Source of the DNA: Deltaproteobacteria bacterium
GTDB lineage: Bacteria > Desulfobacterota > Desulfomonilia > UBA1062
NCBI GenBank assembly: GCA_011046135.1
Contig: DSBG01000092.1
Location: 11,034 to 75,033 of the forward strand
Direction of reading: 5' to 3'
Length of the DNA stretch: 64,000 nt
Part shown: in pieces, positions 29,844-41,531 of the stretch
Layout of the letters: the number at the start of each line of letters is the position of its first letter
Position numbering within the stretch: the stretch's first letter is position 1
Program-made: the position numbers and the translations under genes
The notes under the pieces: generated by a model
Database searches by the model: none
The model's input: the letters and a program-made list of their open reading frames with translations, nothing else
What the model was told of the DNA's origin: nothing

Positions 29844-29872
29844 ATATTACTGAATAGTGATTCATTATGCAA
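29844..29872 (-). promoter_or_regulatory. sigma-70-type promoter for the atpZ-atpI-atpB-atpE operon
   Basis: On the minus strand: TTGCAT, a 17-nt spacer, then TAATAT, ending about 35 nt upstream of the atpZ ATG. Confidence 0.45.
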
Positions 29873-30010
29873 GTACGTTTTTTGGTCCGTGCTCCGCTGT
29901 ATTGTATCAAGTAGCTGTACTGACAGAACCTCTGATACACGACAGTCATTCCTGAAAAATATCCTTGTGGCGATCACTGCTTTTGAGATACAAGACTCAA
30001 TTCGAGAGCC

Positions 30011-30847
30011 ATGACACTGAGTTACAGAAAGAGTACATCATCAGAGCCTTCACTGTTTATCAAACGCAGAAAGATGATCCTCGTCTTCCTTGGATTTCTT
30101 CTTCTGATGGTAGTTTTCGCAATTCTTCTGCACGGCACGGGGAAGCAGAAGAAGCTTTCCGGTGAACAAAATGCCGTTGCGTACGTGTATCGTGAGACTC
30201 TTCCAGCACAAGAGATCATGCAGGAAGGAGAGCATCGGCGCAAGGAACTCTTCATTGACGTCCTTCTGCCCCTTGTTCTCAAAATCAATGAAGAAATTCT
30301 CGCCCAGAGATCCGAACTGGAAAGAATACGGGACCGTCTGCTGTGGCTGACGAAAAAGCAGAAACGGTTTCTCGATGAACTTGCACAGCACTACAACGTT
30401 GAGTTCCAGAACTATGATGAACTGATTGAAATTCTTTTGACCCGGATCGATGTGCTCCCCACATCCCTTGTCCTTGCACAGGCAGCGATTGAATCGGGAT
30501 GGGGAACGTCTCGATTTTCCCTGGAAGGCAACAATGTCTTTGGTCTGAGAACACCCGAGGGACGTGGTATGGTGCCTGAAAAGCGCAGGGAAGGGGCTCG
30601 CTACCGGGTATCGTCCTTTTCCGACATCCAGAGCAGCATCAGGTTTTATCTCTGGACGATCAATACACACCCCATGTATGAAAAACTCAGACAGATCCGA
30701 TCCCAGAGCACCCCCCCTTACGATCCGATCCTGCTGGCCGAGGGGCTGGAATATTACTCCGAAATGGGGTATGCCTACATAGAGAAAGTCAAGGAAATCA
30801 TTGAATACAACAAGTTATATGTGTACGATTCATACACCCTGCAGTGA
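30011..30847 (+). CDS. membrane-anchored mannosyl-glycoprotein endo-beta-N-acetylglucosaminidase-like (Bax/FlgJ C-terminal type) peptidoglycan hydrolase
   Basis: An N-terminal transmembrane segment and a glucosaminidase-domain core (LAQAAIESGWGTSRFSLEGNNVFGL). The true start may be the MILVFLG Met at 30074. Confidence 0.65.
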   Translation: MTLSYRKSTSSEPSLFIKRRKMILVFLGFLLLMVVFAILLHGTGKQKKLSGEQNAVAYVYRETLPAQEIMQEGEHRRKELFIDVLLPLVLKINEEILAQRSELERIRDRLLWLTKKQKRFLDELAQHYNVEFQNYDELIEILLTRIDVLPTSLVLAQAAIESGWGTSRFSLEGNNVFGLRTPEGRGMVPEKRREGARYRVSSFSDIQSSIRFYLWTINTHPMYEKLRQIRSQSTPPYDPILLAEGLEYYSEMGYAYIEKVKEIIEYNKLYVYDSYTLQ

Positions 30848-31932
30848 TTCACCCTGCGAGAGGAAATGATTCAATGCAGCGACACAGCAGACTCCTCCTG
30901 ATTATAGCGACACTAGCCCTTATCATGGGTGCCGTCTGTATCACGCCATGTTCCCTCAGTGCCCACATCACCGTGTTGCTCTACCATAAGTTCGATGAAC
31001 AGGACTCTCCCTCCACCTCCACATCAAGCCAGTTGTTTGAGCAGCAGATGGCCTATCTGAAGGACAACGGGTACGCTGTTCTGTCTCTGGAGCAGCTGCT
31101 TGGATGCATAGAGGGAAGGATCCCGTTTCCCCATAAGGCTGTGGTCATAACCCTCGATGACGGAAATCTTTCACAGTATACAAAAGCGTTCCCCATTCTC
31201 AAACGACACGGGTACCCCTTCAGCGTGTTCATTTTTACGAGGGCACCCGGGGTGCCCGGCTACATGGACTGGGAACAGATCAGGGAATTAAAGAGGTTCG
31301 GGGCCGAGGTGGGCTCTCATACGCACACCCATCCGTACCTGACGGATCTCGCACCCCGTGAAATAGAGCAGGAACTCTCTCGATCGAAGAAGATTTTAGA
31401 AGACAATCTCGAAACCGAAATACGCTGGTTCGCCTATCCCTTCGGCTACTATGATGAAACCAGTCGCTCGCTGGTAAGACAGTCTGGTTATCGCCTTGCA
31501 TTCACCTCCGATCCCGGGAGTGCGGGGGCACACACCACGCCGCACGTTATTCCCCGCCAGGCGATTGTGGGAGACAATCTTGACATGACAGGCTTCATTG
31601 AAAAGCTGAACAGACCGCCCCTGAACGTTCTCAGGAGATCTCCTCAAAGCGGAAGGTTACCTGGGTCATCCATTTCAGAGATCAGTCTCACCATCGCCCG
31701 TCCCGAGTTATACCTGCCAGATCAGATTCAGGTGTTTCTCTCTGAAAAGGGCCAGATCCCCGCCAGTTTTGACCCTACCACAGGAATTCTGAGCTCCACA
31801 GAGTCCATCATGATCACGAGAAAAATGAACAGGGTCATCCTTACAGCGCGGAGGAAATCTGACAGGAGCTTTGCCATGGATTCCTACATGATCCTCCTCC
31901 CTGAGGAAGGGCTCCCTGAGTCAACCAAGTAA
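30844..31932 (+). CDS. polysaccharide deacetylase (NodB homology domain) family protein
   Basis: A signal peptide, then ITLDDG (motif 1) and HTHTHPYL (motif 2 His-His), plus a C-terminal extension of about 120 aa. Confidence 0.75.
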   Translation: MIHPARGNDSMQRHSRLLLIIATLALIMGAVCITPCSLSAHITVLLYHKFDEQDSPSTSTSSQLFEQQMAYLKDNGYAVLSLEQLLGCIEGRIPFPHKAVVITLDDGNLSQYTKAFPILKRHGYPFSVFIFTRAPGVPGYMDWEQIRELKRFGAEVGSHTHTHPYLTDLAPREIEQELSRSKKILEDNLETEIRWFAYPFGYYDETSRSLVRQSGYRLAFTSDPGSAGAHTTPHVIPRQAIVGDNLDMTGFIEKLNRPPLNVLRRSPQSGRLPGSSISEISLTIARPELYLPDQIQVFLSEKGQIPASFDPTTGILSSTESIMITRKMNRVILTARRKSDRSFAMDSYMILLPEEGLPESTK

Positions 31933-32032
31933 TCACCGGGGGAGTCCGCACAGGTTCTCCTGGGGAGAGTTGAGCGGAGAACGACCGATTTTTCTGTTGA
32001 ACACCTTCTCCCAAAAAGGCTAGATTCACCCA

Positions 32033-32524
32033 ATGGATTTGGTGGACACGATCGACATCAAGATTCTCTCCCTTCTCCAGGGAGATCTTCCGATTACCCG
32101 CAGGCCGTATTACAGGTTGGCCCTGCAGATAGGGATTCCAGAGGAAGAGTTCCTTGAGCGGATAGTTCGACTGAAGGAAGAGGGAGTTATCCGCGAGGTG
32201 AAAGTTGTGCTCAAACATCAGAGAGCCGGATTCTCCTCAGGTGCCATGGTTGCCTGGGCCGTTCCTGATGCCTCCCTTGACGAGATCGCTGAGCGGATCG
32301 CACTGAATGCGATGGTCAGTCACTGCTACGAACGTCCAGGATTCGGCAACTATCCCCTGTTTACCATGATCCACGGCAGGACTGACACAGAGGTGGATGC
32401 AGTGATTCAGGAGATCGCCTCGGACACGGGAATCCATGATTATCGAGTTTACCGCACACTGAGAGAGTTCAAGAAAACTTCCGCGAAGTACTTCTCTGAA
32501 GGACAGCGAATACATGACAAATGA
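32033..32524 (+). CDS. AsnC/Lrp-fold protein of the NirD/NirL/AhbA/AhbB (siroheme decarboxylase) type; alternatively a plain Lrp regulator
   Basis: A 163-aa protein with an N-terminal HTH (DIKILSLLQGDLPITRRPY) and a C-terminal RAM-like domain. It overlaps hemL by 11 nt. Confidence 0.45.
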   Translation: MDLVDTIDIKILSLLQGDLPITRRPYYRLALQIGIPEEEFLERIVRLKEEGVIREVKVVLKHQRAGFSSGAMVAWAVPDASLDEIAERIALNAMVSHCYERPGFGNYPLFTMIHGRTDTEVDAVIQEIASDTGIHDYRVYRTLREFKKTSAKYFSEGQRIHDK

Positions 32525-33800
32525 CGATCTCTTCCGCAGGGCACTCACGGTTATCCCCGGTGGTGTAAACTCGCCTGTTCGTGCCTTCGGGAAGGTCGGA
32601 GGGATCCCGAGGTTTTTTGAGCGCGCGCAGGGACCGTATCTGTGGGACGCAGAAGGCACCAGGTATATCGATCATATTCTTTCGTGGGGACCCATGATCC
32701 TTGGTCATTGTCATCCCGCCGTGGTGGCGGCAGTCAGGAACCAGGCAGGAAAAGCCCTGAGTTTCGGGGCGCCCACAGAACTCGAGGTCCGCATGGCGGA
32801 ACTGGTGTGTGCCGCCATGCCCTCCATGGAGATGGTACGCTTCGTGAGCTCCGGAACAGAGGCGACGATGAGTGCCATCAGACTCGCACGAGCCTTTACG
32901 GGAAGGGACGTCATTGTCAAGTTTGCAGGCTGTTACCATGGACACGTGGACAGCATGCTCGTCAAGGCAGGCTCCGGGGCGCTGACCCTGGGTATTCCTG
33001 ATACCCAGGGTATTCCGGGGGCAATTGCCTCGACAACGGGCGTGCTTCCCTATAACGACACCGATGCCTTTTCAGCGTTCATGGAGATGCACGGGGAACG
33101 TATTGCCGCCGTAATTGTGGAACCTGTGGCAGGGAATATGGGGGTTGTGCCTCCCCGGGAAGGGTTTCTTGCGACCCTGCGGATGTTGTGCTCCGAGAAC
33201 GGGACACTGCTCATCTTTGACGAGGTGATTACGGGCTTCAGGTTCTGTTTCGGGGGATACCAGAACCTCATCGATATCAGGCCGGACCTCACATGCCTGG
33301 GAAAGATCATCGGAGGAGGTCTTCCCGTCGGGGCATTTGGGGGAAGCAGGGAAGTCATGTCGTTGCTCGCTCCCGGGGGGCCGGTGTACCAGGCAGGGAC
33401 GCTTTCCGGGAACCCCATGGCCACTGCCTGTGGTCTGGCAACCCTTGAAGTGCTCAAGGCAGGAGATATCTATACGGGCTTGGATCACGCCATGGAAAAA
33501 TTCTCTCGGTCGCTCACAGAAGCTGCAACTCATCTGGGCATCCCGGTGACGGTGAACCGAATAGGCTCCATGGCCGGAATCTTCTTCCATGAAGGACCTG
33601 TGGAAACCCTTGATGATGTCATGAATGCGGACGTAAAGCAGTACCGGAAATTTTTCCATGAGATGCTGGACTTGGGCATCTATCTCGCCCCCTCACCCTT
33701 CGAAGCTCTGTTCATCTCTGCGGCGCACGAAGATGCCGTCCTTGAACAGAGCGTATCAGCTGCCCGCAGGTCCCTGGCTAGGCTCTTGCAGGAGGAGTGA
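32514..33800 (+). CDS. hemL: glutamate-1-semialdehyde 2,1-aminomutase
   Basis: A 428-aa aminotransferase class III protein with the PLP-Lys context …FDEVITGFR… and the HemL N-terminus RALTVIPGGVNSPVRAF. Confidence 0.9.
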   Translation: MTNDDLFRRALTVIPGGVNSPVRAFGKVGGIPRFFERAQGPYLWDAEGTRYIDHILSWGPMILGHCHPAVVAAVRNQAGKALSFGAPTELEVRMAELVCAAMPSMEMVRFVSSGTEATMSAIRLARAFTGRDVIVKFAGCYHGHVDSMLVKAGSGALTLGIPDTQGIPGAIASTTGVLPYNDTDAFSAFMEMHGERIAAVIVEPVAGNMGVVPPREGFLATLRMLCSENGTLLIFDEVITGFRFCFGGYQNLIDIRPDLTCLGKIIGGGLPVGAFGGSREVMSLLAPGGPVYQAGTLSGNPMATACGLATLEVLKAGDIYTGLDHAMEKFSRSLTEAATHLGIPVTVNRIGSMAGIFFHEGPVETLDDVMNADVKQYRKFFHEMLDLGIYLAPSPFEALFISAAHEDAVLEQSVSAARRSLARLLQEE

Positions 33801-36255
33801 TCCCGGCCTTTTCGAGTTCCTGCTGGTGGTGGTGCATCAGCACGCTGTGTTCAGGCTCTGTCTCCGGGAAAGCGAGTTTGAGCACTTCCTCGATGTTTTC
33901 CACGAGGTGGATACTCAGATCCCTTGTCAGTGAGCCTTCAATGTCATGGAGGTCTTTTTCATTCATCTTGGGCAGGATGATGTTGGTAATCCCTGAGCGC
34001 TTAGCCGCGAGAACCTTTTCCTTGATGCCTCCCACCGGAAGGACAACTCCACGCAGGGTAATCTCCCCGGTCATGGCGAGATCATCACGTACCACGGTGC
34101 CGGTGAGCAGGCTGATGATGGAGGTGACAATGGTTACTCCGGCAGAGGGTCCATCTTTCGGGATTGCTCCGGCAGGGACGTGGATGTGCATGCAGTGATC
34201 TTGAGCGATGGGATTTCCCATGCTCTTTATGATGCTCAGGGCGAGGCGTGCCGACTCCTTCATCACGTCTCCCATCTGTCCGGTGAGGATCATCTCTTCC
34301 TTCCCTTGTACCAGGGCTGATTCAACAAAGAGGATTTCTCCTCCATAGGGCGTCCATGCAAGTCCGGTGGCGATTCCCGGGATGTGGGTCCTCTGGGTGC
34401 TTTCTGGCAGATACTTCAAGGGGCCCAGTGCCTTGAAGATAAAGTCTTTCCCGATACAGAACGTCTCTTCACTCCCACGTGCCACCTCAGAAGCGATGAC
34501 CCTCAGGCACGAGGCAAGCTCTCTCTGGAGATTCCTCACTCCGGATTCACGGGTGTAGTATTGGATGATATACTCCAGAGATTCATCGTAGATTACAATG
34601 TTCCTGCCGCTCAATCCATTGGCCTCGATCTCCTTGGGAACCAGATAGTTCTTTGCAATCTGGAGTTTGTCTTCAAGGGTGTACCCCTCGATCTCGACAA
34701 TCTCGAGCCTGTCTTTCAGGGCATGGGGGATCGTGTCGATCACATTGGCCGTAGTTATGAAAAAGACCTTGGAGAGATCATAGGGGACATTGAGATAGTG
34801 GTCCACGAAGTTGTTGTTCTGCTCGGGGTCGAGGGCTTCGAGAAGTGCCGACGCAGGATCGCCGTGGATATCGTGGGAGAGCTTGTCAATCTCATCGAGC
34901 ATGAACAGGGGGTTCACTGTTCCTGCAAGCTTGATTCCGTTGACGATCCGGCCAGGCATGGCGCCAATATAGGTTCTCCTGTGGCCGCGTATCTCCGCTT
35001 CATCCCGCACACCGCCAAGGGAAATCCTGACAAATTTCCTGCCCATAGCACGAGCAATCGACCTGCCCAGGGATGTTTTCCCGACCCCGGGGGGGCCGAC
35101 GAAACACAGGATCGGACCTTTGAGTTCGCTCTTGAGCTTCTTCACCGCAAGGAACTCCATGATCCGTTTCTTTGGCTTTTTCAGGTCGAAATGATCCTCG
35201 TCGAGGATTTTCTCCACCGCAGGAATCTCAAGATTGTCCGGAGTCGTCTCAGTCCAGGGGAGATCCAGGATCCAGTCGAGATAGGTGCGGATGGTCACGT
35301 ATTCCGACGACGACGGCTGCATTCTTGCGATCCTTTTGAGGTCCTTGTCGATCTCAGACTTTACCTCATCGGGAAGCTCTTTGTCCTCGAGTTCCTTTTT
35401 GAGTTCTTCAACCTCGTCGTCCAGATCTGCAGCACCTTCACCGAGTTCATTCTTGATGGCCTTGAGCTGTTGTCTGAGGAAGTATTCACGCTGGGCATTG
35501 TTGATCTCGCCCTTGGCCTTTTCGCTGATCTTTGAGGAGAGTTCCAGGATCTCCAGTTCCTCCCTCAAGGCGCTGTGGAGCAGGGTGTACTTCTCCTGGA
35601 GAGAGAATTTCTCGAGTATCTGCTGCTTTTTTTCAACAGGGAAGGGCAGGTTTGTGGTGGTGGCGCTCATCAGCACAACGGGATCTTTGATTCTGGAAAG
35701 GCTCGAGAGAACGGTATCGAGGTTCTGGAACGACAATCGCGCGAGCTGGGAAAGAATCTCCCTGCTGGAAAGTGCCAGGGCATAGACCTCTCTGTCCGCT
35801 TCGAGGTTTTCACTGAGATAGGAAACCCGAGCCGTCATGCCGGGAGATGCATTGACCTGTTCGTCCAGGGCAATCTTGTGGATACCCCGAATCATGATGG
35901 AGATCTCGTTCGGCTTCAGGGGAGAGACTTTGGTGATCTTTGCCATACACCCGATATGGTAGATGTTCTCCCATGAGGCGAGCTGCAGCTCAGTATGGCG
36001 CTTCATGCCCACAGCGGCAATCACGCTGCCGCTGTCGTAGAGGTTTTTGATCAGAGCAATAGCTGCAGGATTGGATACAATCAGGGGGAGGTTCCCCCCG
36101 GGCAGCAGGATGGCATCCTTCAGAGGAAGTACAGGGAGAATTTCCGGCAGTTCTTCCTGCTCAAGGGGACTTTTTTCTCTTGATGAGCTTTTCAACAGAT
36201 TCTTCCACCACTGCATTTCACTCATAAAGGTAGGGTGATCCTCTGGGAAAGTCAA
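33778..36255 (-). CDS. lon: ATP-dependent protease La (Lon)
   Basis: An 825-aa protein with an N-terminal LON domain, an AAA+ domain (GPPGVGKTS) and a C-terminal serine protease domain (PKDGPSAG). Confidence 0.9.
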   Translation of the reverse strand: MTFPEDHPTFMSEMQWWKNLLKSSSREKSPLEQEELPEILPVLPLKDAILLPGGNLPLIVSNPAAIALIKNLYDSGSVIAAVGMKRHTELQLASWENIYHIGCMAKITKVSPLKPNEISIMIRGIHKIALDEQVNASPGMTARVSYLSENLEADREVYALALSSREILSQLARLSFQNLDTVLSSLSRIKDPVVLMSATTTNLPFPVEKKQQILEKFSLQEKYTLLHSALREELEILELSSKISEKAKGEINNAQREYFLRQQLKAIKNELGEGAADLDDEVEELKKELEDKELPDEVKSEIDKDLKRIARMQPSSSEYVTIRTYLDWILDLPWTETTPDNLEIPAVEKILDEDHFDLKKPKKRIMEFLAVKKLKSELKGPILCFVGPPGVGKTSLGRSIARAMGRKFVRISLGGVRDEAEIRGHRRTYIGAMPGRIVNGIKLAGTVNPLFMLDEIDKLSHDIHGDPASALLEALDPEQNNNFVDHYLNVPYDLSKVFFITTANVIDTIPHALKDRLEIVEIEGYTLEDKLQIAKNYLVPKEIEANGLSGRNIVIYDESLEYIIQYYTRESGVRNLQRELASCLRVIASEVARGSEETFCIGKDFIFKALGPLKYLPESTQRTHIPGIATGLAWTPYGGEILFVESALVQGKEEMILTGQMGDVMKESARLALSIIKSMGNPIAQDHCMHIHVPAGAIPKDGPSAGVTIVTSIISLLTGTVVRDDLAMTGEITLRGVVLPVGGIKEKVLAAKRSGITNIILPKMNEKDLHDIEGSLTRDLSIHLVENIEEVLKLAFPETEPEHSVLMHHHQQELEKAGITPPARA

Positions 36256-36260
36256 TCACT

Positions 36261-37268
36261 TCACGGGTGCGTTTTTCCCATGCAGAGGTATGGATGGAGT
36301 ACGGATCCTGGTGGAACGGTTGTCTGCTCAATCACACACCCCTGCCCGATGATGCTCCCTTCACCGATAGAGGCGTTGCGGATCCACACGTTCGGCAGAA
36401 TCCGGACGTTATCTCCAAGGCTGCTCTCTCCAAGGATGTGTACATTGGGCCAGATCTCTACGTCATGGCTGAAGGAGGCATTCATCCCGATCCAGGTGCT
36501 CGACGGGTCAAGGATCGTTACCCCTCTGTCCAAGAGGCCGCCATTGATATGTTCCTGCAGGCAGGCCTGCGCTTCGATGAGCTGTTTCCTGGAGTTGATC
36601 CCACGGGCTTCATTGAAATCCGAAATCTCGTAGGAAATTGCGGAATCAGCCCTCTCCACGATATCGGTCAGATAGAATTCGCCTTTTGCATTCTCGGGGG
36701 AGAGGCTGTCAACGGCCTGCAAGAGGAACTCCCTGCGAATGATGTAGACTCCCGTGTTGATCTCCGTAATCTGTCTCTGAGAATCAGACGCATCCTGTTC
36801 TTCCACGATGGCATTGACACGTCCTTCCGCAGAACGGAGGATCCTTCCATATCCATGGGGATCAGGAATGTGCGCGGTGAGCACACCCATGTCTGCATGC
36901 GTTTCTCGAAAGACCCTGATAAGTCCACGCAGAGATTCTTCCCGGATGAGGGGCATGTCTCCTGGAAGAATGATCACCTCGTCTGTGTTGATGCCCTCAA
37001 GGGCAGGTCTGGCAAGCAGGATAGCATGACCCGTACCGAGCTGAGGCTCCTGGAGAACCGTGATTACGGGAAAGGAGTTCAGGTAGCCCGCGACAACATC
37101 TCTTCCGTGGCCGATGACCGTGAGGATGGTGTCGCTGACTCGTCGGGACAAATCGAGAGAGTACCGGATCAGGGGTTCTCCAAGGATCTCGTGCATCACC
37201 TTGGGCCTGGAGGACTTCAATCTGGTGCCTTTCCCTGCGGCCAGGATTATGGTACAGGTGGTATACAT
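36261..37268 (-). CDS. GlmU-like sugar-1-phosphate nucleotidyltransferase with a short C-terminal hexapeptide-repeat domain
   Basis: Begins with the nucleotidyltransferase G-loop LAAGKGTRL, and ends with only 3-4 LbH repeats, far fewer than a full GlmU. The likely start is MYTTCTIIL at 37268. Confidence 0.55.
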   Translation of the reverse strand: MYTTCTIILAAGKGTRLKSSRPKVMHEILGEPLIRYSLDLSRRVSDTILTVIGHGRDVVAGYLNSFPVITVLQEPQLGTGHAILLARPALEGINTDEVIILPGDMPLIREESLRGLIRVFRETHADMGVLTAHIPDPHGYGRILRSAEGRVNAIVEEQDASDSQRQITEINTGVYIIRREFLLQAVDSLSPENAKGEFYLTDIVERADSAISYEISDFNEARGINSRKQLIEAQACLQEHINGGLLDRGVTILDPSSTWIGMNASFSHDVEIWPNVHILGESSLGDNVRILPNVWIRNASIGEGSIIGQGCVIEQTTVPPGSVLHPYLCMGKTHP

Positions 37269-37384
37269 TGAGGTGTTTGCTAGCATACAATGGAGGGATT
37301 CGCAAGAAAAGGGATGGCCTTCATTTGACTTGTCAAAGGAGTATGTATTTGTTAAGAGGCTGACATTTGCGAGCCTCACAGTGA

Positions 37385-39238
<1,854 letters not shown>

Positions 39239-39258
<20 letters not shown>

Positions 39259-39712
39259 TCTGTTCGGGATTCTCTTCGTGGTTATCTTTGTTGAGGCGAC
39301 CGTCATCCCCCATTTGTGGTCGCCCCTGAGGGTTGATTTATTCATTGGCATGATTATCGGTCTCATCATCCATACCCCCTACTCCCAGGGATTTCCCTTT
39401 GTCATCCTCGCATCCCTTTTTCTCCAGGCTTTTTCCGGCGCACGGCTCGGGTACCTGCCTCTGCTGTACGTGTTTACCTACCTCTGTATTGATCTGCTCA
39501 AGAATATTGTCTACCTGGAAAACGTATTTACCCAGCTCACCATCGGATTTCTCTTTTTCCTGGTCACGACAACGGCGGTTGTTGCCTCAGTTCAGGGCAG
39601 CATTATTGATACGAATCTGGGGGCGCTTCTTTTCGGAGCAGTCCTGACCGGGAGTATGAGCCCGATCATGGCGACTCTGGTGCGTCACCTCAAGAGTACC
39701 TATGAATCCTAA
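39239..39712 (+). CDS. mreD: rod-shape-determining protein MreD
   Basis: A polytopic membrane protein of about 157 aa between mreC and mrdA. Its start overlaps the end of mreC. Confidence 0.6.
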
Positions 39713-41531
39713 CCTCCCCCCTCCACACCTGAATGAAGAGATCAATGCCCGCTCCAAGATTCTCACGATATTCGTGATTTTTCTGTTTGCTGTTCTCCTC
39801 GTTCGGCTTTTCAGTATGCAGATCATCAGCGGCTCCTACTATGAGAGTCTCTCTCGAAACAACCGTATCCGGATGGTGAGTATCCATGCTCCGCGCGGGA
39901 AGGTGATGGACAGGGGAGGTGTGGTCCTTGTGGAGAACAGGCCAGCATATAACGTGATGATGATGCCCGAAGATGTTCCCAATATTGGTACGATTTCCCA
40001 GGATCTTGCCCGGATCCTGGAACAGACAGAAACTGAGATTGAAGACAGGATCAGTGATTCCAAGACGCGTCCGTACGATCAGGTCTTTCTCGCCAGGGAT
40101 ATCACCTTCAATCAAGTCGCGAGAATCGAATCAGAGATTTTCAATCTTCCCGGTATCTCCATCGATGTCACCCCGGAGAGGGATTACGTTTTTAAAGATC
40201 TTGCCCCCCACGTGATCGGTTTTCTCGGGGAGATCTCCCGAAGAGAACTCAATGTCCATGGAACCAAGGATTATCAGCGGGGAGACCTCATCGGCAAGAG
40301 TGGGGTAGAACTGGCCTGTGAAAAGATACTGCGGGGGAAAAAGGGCGCCAGAGTCTTTGAGGTGGATGCCTTGGGCAGAAAGATCAGGGTCATCGATGAG
40401 CGGCTGCCCGTGGTGGGTGAAACAGTTGTCCTTACCATTGATAAAGAGCTTCAGACCATTGCCAAGCTGGCTATGGCAGGACGCGCAGGAGCGGTGTTGG
40501 CGATCGTTCCCTCCACCGGTGAGGTTCTGGTCATGGTGAGTTCACCTTCCTTCGATCCCAGCATGTTTCTCTCTCCCATGGCACCCGAGGCATGGGATCA
40601 GATCACCTCCGATCCCCTTCACCCTCTTGAGAACAGAGCAATCAGGGGGCTCTATCCCCCAGGTTCCGTTTACAAACCCGTCGTTGCCCTGACTGCCTTC
40701 TCCGCGAGGATCGTTGATCCGAAAAAGGAGATCAACTGCCCGGGACACTATGTCCTGGGAACCCAGACCTACCGGTGCTGGAAGCCCGAGGGGCACGGGG
40801 CTCTGGCCTTTCTCGAGGCGATGAGTCAATCGTGCGACGTCTACTTCTACATCCTCGGTGAAAAGCTCGGTATCGATCGCATGGCAGAGACTTCACGATA
40901 CGTCGGGTTTGGAAGACCCACGGGAATCGATTTCGGTGATGAAGCCTCCGGGGTTGTTCCATCACCCGAGTGGAAACGTGCACGATTCGGAAAATCATGG
41001 CTTCCCGGCGAAACCATCATCTCAGCAATAGGACAAGGATATACGCTGGTTACCCCTGTGCAGGTTGCGAAGATCATGAGCGCACTGGTCAACGGGGGGA
41101 GGCTCTATACACCGAAGATCCTTGCTTCGACGCCAGTGAAGCTGGAAATGGTTCTCGATGTTTCTCCCGCAGACCTGGATCTCATCAAGGAAGGATTGCG
41201 CAGTGTCGTTGAGGGAGAACGAGGAACCGCACGAGGTATCCGTGACCCCATGTTTTCCATTGGGGGAAAAACCGGAACAGCCCAGGTGGTTAGTGGCTAC
41301 GCCTCAAGGCTCCCTGATCAGGCAGACATACCCTACCGGTATCGAGATCATGCATGGTTTTTCGGGTTTTCACCGGTGAACAACCCTGAGATACTGGTAG
41401 TGGCGGTAGTGGAACATGGTGGAAGCGGCTCGAGCATTGCAGCACCCATCGTGCGTGACGTGATCAAGGGATACTACTTTCTGAAGGGGACCTCGGGTGA
41501 GCAGGTACGCGAAGATAACGGGAAATATTGA
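39702..41531 (+). CDS. mrdA: penicillin-binding protein 2 (elongasome transpeptidase)
   Basis: A 609-aa protein with an N-terminal transmembrane segment and a PBP dimerisation domain. The transpeptidase region carries SxxK and KTGTA motifs (…YPPGSVYKP…, GGKTGTAQ). Confidence 0.85.
   Translation: MNPNLPPPHLNEEINARSKILTIFVIFLFAVLLVRLFSMQIISGSYYESLSRNNRIRMVSIHAPRGKVMDRGGVVLVENRPAYNVMMMPEDVPNIGTISQDLARILEQTETEIEDRISDSKTRPYDQVFLARDITFNQVARIESEIFNLPGISIDVTPERDYVFKDLAPHVIGFLGEISRRELNVHGTKDYQRGDLIGKSGVELACEKILRGKKGARVFEVDALGRKIRVIDERLPVVGETVVLTIDKELQTIAKLAMAGRAGAVLAIVPSTGEVLVMVSSPSFDPSMFLSPMAPEAWDQITSDPLHPLENRAIRGLYPPGSVYKPVVALTAFSARIVDPKKEINCPGHYVLGTQTYRCWKPEGHGALAFLEAMSQSCDVYFYILGEKLGIDRMAETSRYVGFGRPTGIDFGDEASGVVPSPEWKRARFGKSWLPGETIISAIGQGYTLVTPVQVAKIMSALVNGGRLYTPKILASTPVKLEMVLDVSPADLDLIKEGLRSVVEGERGTARGIRDPMFSIGGKTGTAQVVSGYASRLPDQADIPYRYRDHAWFFGFSPVNNPEILVVAVVEHGGSGSSIAAPIVRDVIKGYYFLKGTSGEQVREDNGKY

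Noticed and set aside
34384-35535. A 383-aa plus-strand ORF inside lon (also 36267-37271 inside the GlmU-like gene, 52951-53982 inside the radical-SAM gene, 46614-47246 inside abfD, 50963-51604 inside the GT2-kinase gene, 22602-23207 inside flgH, 33072-33659 inside hemL, and 8443-9120 and 9422-10048 inside lpxA/lpxD)
   Set aside because: All are long antisense ORFs opposite well-supported genes. Their composition is low-complexity and rich in Gly, Arg and Asp, they carry no motifs, and they have no RBS. They were treated as non-coding.
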